Part shown: positions 53,905-64,000 of the stretch, one piece after another
How the letters are laid out: each line of letters opens with the position of its first letter
Numbering within the stretch: position 1 is the stretch's first letter
Assembly: GCF_009914755.1 (NCBI RefSeq)
Contig: NC_060928.1
Length of the DNA stretch: 64,000 nt
Source: the human T2T-CHM13v2.0 reference genome, Homo sapiens
Strand: one strand, 5' to 3'
The notes under the pieces: generated by a model
What the model was told of the DNA's origin: nothing
Database searches by the model: none
What the model saw: only the letters and a program-made list of their open reading frames with translations
Position numbers and translations under genes: made by a program

Positions 53905-54923
53905 TTTTTTATTTTATTTTATTATGCATTTATTTTTTAAATTATACTTTAAGTTCTAGGGTACATGTGCACAACGTGCAGGTTTGTTACATGTGTATAC
54001 ATGTGCCATGTTGGTGTGCTGCACCCATTAACTCGTCATTTACATTAGGTATATCTCCTAATGCTATCCCTTCCCCCTCCCCCCACCCCACAACAGGCCC
54101 CAGTGTGTGATGTTCCCCATCGTGTGTCCAAGTGTTCTCATTGTTCAATTCCCACCTATGAGTGAGAACATGTGGTGTTTGGTGTTCTGTCCTTGTGATA
54201 GTTTGCTCAGAATGATGGTTTCCAGCTTCATACATGTCCCTACAAAGGACATGAACTCATCCTTTTTTATGGCTGCATAGTATTCCATGGTGTATATGTG
54301 CCACATTTTCTTAATCCAGTCTATCACTGATGGACATTTGGGTTGGTTCCAAGTCTTTGCTATTGTGAATAGTGCCACAATAAACATACGTGTGCATGTG
54401 TCTTTTTAGCAGCACGATTTATAATCCTTTGGGTATATATCCAGTAATGGGATGGCTGGGTCAAATGGTATTTCTAGTTCTAGATCCTTGAGGAATCGCC
54501 ACATGGTCTTCCACAATGGTCGAACTAGTTTACAGTCCCACCAACAGTGTAAAAGTGTTCCTATTTCTCCACATCCTCTCCAGCACCTGTTGTTTCCTGT
54601 TTTTTTAATGATCGCCATTCTAACTGGTGTGAGATGGTATCTCATTGTGGTTTTGATTTGCATTTCTCTGATGGCCAGTGATGATGAGCATTTTTTCATG
54701 TGTCTGTTGGCTGCACAAATGTCTTCTTTTGAGAAATGTCTTTTCATATCCTTTGCCCACTTGTTGATGGGGTTGTTTGATTTTTTCTTGTAAATTTGTT
54801 GAAGTTCTTTGTAGATTCTGGATATTAGCCCTTTGTCAGATAAGTAGATTGCAAAAATTTTCTCCCATTCTGTAGATCGCCTGTTCACTCTGATGGTAGT
54901 TTATTTTGCTGTGCAGAAGCTCT

Positions 54924-54954
<31 letters not shown>

Positions 54955-55516
54955 GAGATGGAGTCTTGCTCTGTCGCCCAGGCTGGAGTGCAGTGGCTCA
55001 ATCTCCGCTTACTATAAGCTCCGTCCCCTCCGAGTTTCATGCCATTCTCCTGCCTCAGCCTCCCGAGTAGCTGGGACTACAGGTGTCTGCCACCACACCA
55101 GGCTAACTTTTTTGTATTTTTGGTAGAGACGGGGTTTCTCTGTGTTAGCCAGGATGGTCCCGATCTCCTGACCTCATGATCCACCCGCCTCGGCCTCCCA
55201 AAGTGCTGGGATTACAGGCGTGAGTCACTGCACCCAGCCAGCAGAAGCTCTTTAGTTTAACTAGATCTCATTTGTCAATTTTGGTTTTTGTTGCCATTGC
55301 TTTTGGCGTTTTAGTCATGAAGTCCTTGCCCATGTCTATGTCCTGAACAGTATTGCCTAGGTTTTCTTCTAGGGTTTTTATGGTTTTAGGTCTACCATTT
55401 AAGTCTTTAATCCATCCTGAATTAATTTTTATGTAAGGTGTAAGGACAGAATCCAGTTTCAGCTTTCTACATATGGCTAGCCAGTTTTCCCAGCACCGTT
55501 TATTAAATAGGGAATC
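53905..55516 (-). mobile_element. 5'-truncated L1PA (PA4/PA5-like): 3' UTR and end of ORF2
   Basis: ORF2 C-terminal peptides [18 protein letters not shown] and [19 protein letters not shown]-rich 3' UTR, 21-bp TSD agggagagg[t/a]atacaatttta at 53884-53904 and 55517-55537. Confidence 0.95.
54926..55239 (-). mobile_element. AluY nested in L1PA ORF2
   Basis: Y-type diagnostics; TSD gcagaagctcttt at 54913-54925 and 55241-55253. Confidence 0.92.
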
Positions 55517-56322
55517 AGGGAGAGGAATACAATTTTAAACAAGGATGACCATTTTCTGGATAGGGGACTCTTGAGAAAGTGAGTAAATTAACATGGTTGT
55601 CAACAGAAGAGGAATATTCCAAGAAAAGAGAACAGGAAGTACAAAAATTACTCAGTGGGGGAAGGGTTTGGCATATTTGAGGACTAACTAAAACATTTGT
55701 GTGACTAGAGCTGGGTGAATGAAGGGGTGAATGGCAGAAGTTTAGTAAAGAAAGGTTTATTTAGGCATCATCCTTTTGAGCTTTGTGTATACTTAGGTTT
55801 TAGTCTAAGCATGGTGAAAATTACTGAAAAAACTGCGGCAAGTAGGGGTGACATAATATTTATGTTTGAAATTTAGAGAAACCTGTACGTTTAATATTTA
55901 TGCTAACATTTTTATAGAATGGTGTACTGGCAGGCTCTGGGAAGCTGTGTTGGCACAGGCAATTGTGTAACATATTGAGATGTTACACTCAACTAGGTAA
56001 GAGAAAACAATGTTTTGAGTTGGGGAGATGGGGAAAGTGTGAGATGGTAAAAAGTAGCCTGACTGAGAAATTGCTAATGAATTTTATGTAGAGTATGAGG
56101 GAGAAAGGAGAGTCAATGATGTATGTTCCCCTGAGTGACAGAGTTGTTGGTGGCAATATTACTGGGAAGGTAAACATTGGGTGTTGGTTAAGATAGTTTG
56201 TGGAGAAGAATCATGTTTTTTGTATGTTTGTTTTGAATGTATTAATATTGAGATAATTATCAGTTAACCAAGTATATTTGTTAAATAGGGAGTTGCATAT
56301 TATAATTAAGAATATAGTGACA

Positions 56323-56785
<463 letters not shown>

Positions 56786-57775
56786 TCAACTTCAAATAAT
56801 TAAGGAAAAAAGAGAAAGTAGTGGAAGAAATTGAGAAGGAACAACAAATAGGATACAGAGAAATTCAAAACATGTAGTGTTTCCATGGCCAAGTGCATTT
56901 GTCTTTAAAACAGTAGGGGTCTTCTGTTTCCTGGAGATGGCACACTTGATGTACAGATAAAATCCTCCCAGTACAGATTCTTATAAATGATAGATATAAT
57001 ATTTTAAACAAAGTTGTTTTCAGGACAAAACAGAGCAGCTGGTAATGTTACAAGAACAACCAAATGCTAGAAGTGACAAGAAAGCTGTATTCCACAAATA
57101 CAAGCTAACACTGGAGCTAGTATTTACTTAAAAATACTCTCCATTCTCCGTTGGCCTGGAAGCTGGTCTTGAAAAGCCATCTACGTACAATGTAGAAAAG
57201 GCAAAGATGTAGACTGGTTCTGGTGTGAAAGGATCTGAGACTTCTACATAGTGAGGACCCAAATGGTTGAACTTAGGGGAAACACGTCTGTCAAAAGGAG
57301 GATTTTCTGTCTTCATTTTGTTCTTAGTAAAAACAAGGAAACTAAAAGCTTCCTTTGAGAAATCCCAACTACACACCAGCATTCACTTGGCTAGTGTTTG
57401 AATTCTTACTTTTGTGACCTAAGAAATCTCAAGTTGAAAATGTACATTAAATTTTTTTGGAGTTGCTTATACTGTCAGGCTCCACACAAATGCCTGGATG
57501 AAATAACACATCCTTTCTAAAAATAAATAAACACATAATCATACTCACATTTATAAAAGAGACCTAAGTGATGTGATACAGAACAAATAAAATTTCAAGG
57601 AACATGAGACAACAATCAAAAATTGCTAAATGTATCTGGAAACAAGCCCTGACATCAAAGACTGCTGAGAAGTTAGCCAGAGCAATGTTGATGACCTTGA
57701 AATGGGTGGCTTCTTCCCAGATATAGACAGGAAACACTGACAGGAAAGATGTCAGGGTCAAGATAGAACAAAGAC

Positions 57776-58270
57776 TGTAGTAGTTTCTTATTGCTGCTAT
57801 AACAAATTACCACAAACTTAGAAGCTTCAAACAATACAAATTTATTACCTAACAGGCTTGAAGGTCAGAAGTCCAAAATGGATTCCACTGGACTAAAATC
57901 AAGGTATTAACAGGGCTGCATTCCTTCTGGAGGCTCTAAAAGTAAATCTGTTTGCCTGTCTCTTCCAGTTTCCAGAAGCTTCCCTCATTCTTCTTGTAAC
58001 TCTTTACTCATCTTCAGAGCCAACAGTTACATCACTTTGATGTCTGTTTCCATAGTTACATCTCCTTCTCTGACCCTTCTTCCTCTATCTTCCATGTTTT
58101 AAGGACCTTTTTGATTACATTGTCTATTCAGACAATCAAGAAAAAATTCCTATCTTAATATCCTTAATCACATCTGTGAAATTCCTCTTTGTCAGGTAAA
58201 GTAACAGAGCCACAGATTCCAGGGATTAGGACATGAACATTTTCAGAAGGCCATTAATGTGTTTTCCACA
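57776..58270 (-). mobile_element. MLT1 (C/D-like) MaLR LTR
   Basis: tgtagtagtttcttattgctgctataacaaattaccacaaacttag...cacagattccagggattaggacatgaacat..ccaca. Confidence 0.85.
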
Positions 58271-60989
58271 GAGGGTGGAAAGCTGTAGTGAAGTAAAAAT
58301 AGACCACAGATTAGAGAATATTCTATAAAGAGAAACAAGAGCAAAGTTAACGGATCAAAGGAATGTTTTGTTGTGCATTTTAAAGAAGCAGGGGCCATCT
58401 ATTTTCTCTTTCGGTGTATTTTAATACACATTTTTAATGCATGATCTGTAGTCAGTTTTGTATACTTATTGGAATTATCTAGTGGGGAAGGGAAGATGAT
58501 GACTCAGGTAAGAGATAGATATTTGCAGGAAAAAAATCCACAAATAGATTAAAGGAGATGAGATAAAGAATGCAGGAGGAAGAGACTGGCATGTATTGAA
58601 TGAGGACCATTCATCAAGTATAAGTTTGATGGGGAAAGTTACAGCATAGTAGATTTGTGGTGGGAGGCTTCATCTCAAGTATGATCTGATTGGTTCTATT
58701 TTTCAGAGAAATAGAAAGAAGGTTATTAGTAAAATTTGCTATACTATTGGAGTTAGATTTAAATGGAAAGAGCTAATAGCACTGTTCAAGATAAAGTTGA
58801 AGAGTAAATACATTCTAAATTCCAGTGTGGAACACAAACAAATTTGGAGCCAACAGTCAGGGACTAGAACAGAATTATACTAAAGAATAGAGGGAATGGA
58901 AGCTAGTCAAGAAATTCTTTCAGGGCATATTGCCTGGATTAAAAGTACAGGACAGAAAAGCCCACAAGAAATAGGGACAAGACTTCAGCCATGAAACAAG
59001 GGAAATGGAAAAAGTAATTGGTCTTTTCAAGGCCAGAATCCTCAGCATCGTTTACCTCACCCTCTCTTAGATTATAGATCCCCAACTCCGATTGAATGTA
59101 CCATCAGAAATATTTTGAGTCATTTTCTTAATTTCCTATCTCATTCCTATTGCAATATATTTGAACAAGTAATAATATGTAACTTTGGTATAAAAATCTC
59201 TAGAATTAGAATTCTGGCTTGGTTGTTTATAAATATTAATATTTTACTATTTAAAATACAAGTTATAGCAACGATGATGATGATTATACTCATTCTTATA
59301 ACTAATAGTAATACTTGTGCATGATCCTGTCATTTTCATAGTAGTGATAATTAAGATCCTTTCTTTGATTGGAATAGAGCAATTACTTCACAACTGGTTT
59401 GCCAGAATCCTCTTTCTGTGCTGAACAATGAGGCCTGAATAATTTTTTAGCAACAAAAAAGAAATAATAAGAAAAATATTAAACCTTAAGATGTACTACA
59501 AACTTTCAATTACAGACATTTATCTAATTACATGTTATAATTCATTTAATCTCCTATGAAATATTAATAGTGTTAGGTTAGTACTAATATAATACTATCC
59601 CTATCCTGGTGAGGGTACTTAATATCCTGAGGCTTCAGGATATTAAATAACTCTCAGGGTATTGAATAATAATTAAATATCACACCTGATAAGTGGCACA
59701 ATTATCATGTTAATTTAAATAATAAATTAGATAACACCTACAAATAAATGGTAAAATCATCATGTTACCAACTGTCTTCTCATGAAGTGCTTCAAGAAAT
59801 AGTCACTTAGAAGAAAAACCAAGTTTGGGATATATGTGACCCTTATGCCCTGATCCCCAAATAGGCATAGGTCTTATACTTCACTTCTCTTATTGACCTC
59901 CATGATGAGAAAAACAAGTACAATGGACCTGTGTGAACTTTCTAATTCGTTTTCCATATAGAGAGTAAAGACATATAATTTTCTCTAACAGCATTGAAGT
60001 AATAGAGCAAATATATTTCCTATATTAAGAAATGTCTAGAAAATTGAGAAGTATCTTGATGAGTAGATTTCATTGCTTGATAACTTGTATCCCACGCAAT
60101 CTGCTTTGATAAGAGGGAGAGGCATGGCATCAGACAGTTGCAAAGAACAGAGAAGTGAGGAATTTTTACAAAGTAATAGATTTCATGTAAAATTATGAAA
60201 TTCAAGGGAAGTAAAAATGTTTACTGTGAATAATACTAGAATGCCTGATAAAATTACCTGCATCCGTGCTGTTATTACTTCAGTGGTGCAAACATGTGAC
60301 AAAAAAAAATGTTATTTAGTTTTTTAGGATGTATTATTTAATAAGAGATTTCTCATATCCATTCACTATGATTGCAGTTAACAGGACTCCCAGTATTATC
60401 AAGGGATTAAAGGCTCATTTTTCCATGTCATCTTTATCTAAACTTCCAATTATTTTGAGAAAGTTATTAGCCACTTTGTTTTGGCAGAAGCATTTTTATT
60501 TAATAATACCTTTGCAAGCTTTAAGGTAAGATACATAAATTACTGAATGCCACTTTTCCAAATTATGAATGCTATTTATTCTTATTATCTTTTCATTAAA
60601 CTTAATGTAATTATCATAGAATCTATGAGCCATGGTAATAAAATGCTAGGAGTAAAATCAGGTATTACTGATGTTGATATCTTAAGCAATGATTTAATGT
60701 TGTTTATATAAGATGGATAAAGATTGTGAACAAATATTATGGAGAGAAAGGAAATCATCTTGTATATGGCTAATTGAACTTTAATTCACTAATTTATTTT
60801 CAAGAAAGTATGCAATGTATTTATTTATTTTCTGATTTATAAAGCGCACTAATTAAAGATAATGCATGTGGAAATTTTAAAAATTAGATTCTGTATATTG
60901 ATTAATCTATATTTTTACCCTTAAAAATTCACATAAACTACAATATTTGAATCAGTAGCCCAATCCTTCAAACAAATGTTTTATATCTC

Positions 60990-61487
60990 TGTTTCTTCTC
61001 TTCTTATTCACTCCAGCACCAAATGTAATCCTGCCTTCCACCCCTGCTACTCAAGAAGAGGAAAGGCTCAATTGTGTTGCCAACTATCTTCATAGCATTA
61101 AATTTAATGAACACCTTTAGTTCCTTATGTTTGACTTTATCATATAATTAGATACTGTTGAGGTTCTTCTCAAAACACTATCTTCTTTTGGCTTCTTAAT
61201 CTTAACAGCCTCCCAGTTTTCCTTCTGTTTTTCTGGAAATCTCCTCTTTTCATTGAATGATTATCCTGTTCTAAGCAGACATTATATGTTGCAGTTTTCC
61301 TATGGTTGATTCTCGGCGCTATTTTCTTTTCTTACTTTTTCTAAGATGATCTCTTCCATGCTGTAATGATCATCTTACAAAAAGATGCAGCATAAATTCA
61401 GGACTTAAGCCTAGACCTTTTCCAAGCTCTACTGCTGTGCACTTAACTGCTCACGGGACACCTTTCCTTGGCCTCAAAGATACCTCA
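60990..61487 (+). mobile_element. L2 fragment
   Basis: ccttccacccc..tttgac..gatactgttga..ttctcaaaacactatcttcttttggcttc..cctagaccttttcc. Confidence 0.65.
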
Positions 61488-63660
61488 AAGGCCGTATGTG
61501 ACAAGTCTACGGCTAACATTGTATTCAATGGCAAAAAAGTGAAAAATTTTAATCTAAGGTTAGGAACAAGATAAAAATGCCCACCCTTGCCTCTTCTATT
61601 CAACATAGTACTGGATATCCTAACTGGAGGAATTAGGCAAGAAAAAGAAATAAAAGTCATCCAACAGGAAAGAAAAAAGTTAAATCGCTTGTTGACACAT
61701 GATATGATTTTATATATAGCATACCCTAAAAAACTCCACCAAAACACTGGTAGAACTAATAAACTCATTTGTTAAAAGTGCAGGATACAAAATCAAATAT
61801 GAAAATCAGTAGCTTTCCTATATATTAACAGCAAAATATCTGAAAAAAACACTGAAAATCTCATTTACAAGAGCAGAAAAATACTTAGGAATGAGTATAA
61901 CCAGAGATATGAAAGATCTGTGAACTGAAAATTATAATACTGATGAAAGAAATTGGAAGCATCTTAAACAAATAAAATGATATCTAGTGTTCCTGATTGA
62001 AAAAATCAATATTGTTAGATTGTCTGTGCTACCCAATGTGATCTACAGATTCAATGCATGTCTGTCAAAATTCCAATGACATTTTTCACAAAAGTAGAAA
62101 AAATATATTAAAATTTACATTGAACCCCAAAAATGCTGAATAGCCAAAGAAATCTTAAGAAAAACAAACAAAGCTAGAAGAATCAGAATCATATTACCGT
62201 ACCTAAAAGTCTATTACAAAGCTACAGTTGTCAAAACAGTATGACACTGGTACAAAACAGACATATAGATCAATGGAATAGAATAGAGAGCCTAGAAATA
62301 ATCCCAATCATACAAAGTCAACTAATTTTCAACAAAGTCACCAAGAAGACACTGTTTTGGGAAAGGATACTCTATTCAATAAATGACACTGGAAAAACTC
62401 GATATCCACATGCAAAAGGATAAAATTGAATTTTTTTCTACATCATACCAAAAAATATACTCAAAATGGATTACAGACCTAAATGTAAGACCTGAAAATA
62501 TAAAACTCCTGGAAGAAAATACAAGGGAAAATTCACTGACACTGATTTGGCAATGATTTCTTGGGTAGAACACTAAAAGCCCAGGCAAAAAAAGCAAAAA
62601 TAAACAAGTGAGACTATATCAAACTAAAGCTTCTGCACAGCAAAGGAAACAATCAACAAAATGGAAAGGCAGCCTACAGATTGAGAGAAAATGTCAGTGA
62701 GCCATAAGACTGAGAAGGGGATAACATCCAAAATATATAAAAAACTTACACAACTCAGTGGCAAAAACAAAAACTAAAAAACAAAATCCCATATGACTAG
62801 GTTATAAAATGGGCAAAGAACCCGAACAGACATTTCTCAAAAATGACATAAAAATGCCCAACAGGTATATAAAGAGGTGTGTTCAATATCAGTTATCAGA
62901 TAAATACAAATTAAAACCATATGAGATATCATCTCACACCTTCTAGGATGGCTTTTATTAAAAAAAAAGAAGGAATCATTTTCGGTAAGAGTATGAAGAA
63001 AAAGAACCCCTTGTATACTGATCGTGGGAATTTAGATTTGTGCAGTCACTGTGGAAAAGAGTCTGGGCGTTCCCAAATAAATTAAAAGTAGAACTACCAG
63101 ATGATCCAGCAATCTTCCTTCTGGATATATACTTAAAGGAAATGAAATCACCACCTTGCAAAGATGTCTGCACTCCCACATTCATTGCAGCATTTTTAAT
63201 GATAGTCCAGATAGGAAAACTACAGAGCCGTTCATTAACAGATGAATGGATAAAATATGGTTATATATATATACACACACACATACACAGACACATGCAC
63301 TAGAATACTATTGAACCTTAAAAAAAGGAGACCATGGCATTCACAACAAAATGAATGAAACTAAAGGGCATTATGCTAAAGGTGAGATGCCAGACACATT
63401 AAGAAAGATACTGCATGATTTTATTTACATGTGGAATCTGAAAAAAAATAGTAAAATTGAACATATAGAAACACAGTAAAATGGTGGTTGCAGGGAGGGG
63501 AAGGGGAATGGAAAGACATAGGTCAAAGGGTTTAAAGATGCAGTTACGTAGGCTAAATAAATTTAGAGGCCTGATTGGCAACATGAGGACTAGAATTAAT
63601 AACACTGTATTGTATACTGGTAATTCGCCAAGAGAGATTTTAGTTACTCTCACTAAAGAA
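61488..63660 (+). mobile_element. L1MA-type element, 5'-truncated (RT to 3' UTR)
   Basis: PLLFNIVLDIL..IRQEKEIK..HDMILY (RT), RHIDQWNRIES, L1MA-type 3' UTR ggtcaaaggg..aataacactgtattgtatact. Confidence 0.9.
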
Positions 63661-63689
63661 AAAAAGAAAGAGAGAGCAAGAGAAAGAGA

Positions 63690-63753
63690 GGAAGGAAGGA
63701 AGGAAGGAAGGAAGGAAGGAAGGAAGGAAGGAAGGAAGGAAGGAAGGAAGGAA
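63690..63753 (+). repeat. Perfect (GGAA)16 microsatellite
   Basis: 16 uninterrupted GGAA units counted from 63690 to 63753. Confidence 0.95.
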
Positions 63754-64000
63754 GGGAAACTATTAAGCTTTTTTATTTTTCATCTTTGGGTGAATAAAAA
63801 TAGAATTTTTGCTTCCCACTTAACCCAATTTTTAAACTATTCCCTAATTAGCTAAGTGCTTTGTTGTTCAACACACAATAAAATGATTGGAATATAGGTC
63901 TTAGACATAAAAAACTCAGAATATTGGCCAAACCATTAAAAAATCAAATCTACCTTTTCGGGGAAATGTTTTCCTAAATAAGAAGACAGTTATAGTATCT

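Noticed and set aside
56930-57690. Possible old L1 5' region
   Set aside because: The resemblance is too weak to call without an HMM search.
63481-63855. 124-aa ORF with GRKE repeats
   Set aside because: Translation of the L1 3' UTR and GGAA microsatellite.

Overview
This is AT-rich, repeat-dominated primate (probably human or ape) nuclear DNA with no intact protein-coding gene. Family names below come from recalled consensus sequences, not a database search. The left ~35 kb is packed with LTR elements: a full-length THE1, an ~8.9 kb two-LTR ERV1 provirus (LTR1/HUERS-P type, decayed gag-pro-pol, env nearly absent, nested THE1 solo LTR), a truncated HERV-L, and several solo LTRs. The right ~29 kb holds older L2, MIR, L1M and MLT fragments plus Alus, L1PA and L1MA copies and a perfect (GGAA)16. 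The most unusual feature is a ~1.7 kb insertion (784-2458) that splits an MLT2 LTR. It has L1-retrotransposition hallmarks on the + strand (17-bp TSD, ATTAAA, A-rich tail), yet carries four YIPF3 exons with their introns on the - strand. It looks like a retrocopy of an RNA antisense to YIPF3.
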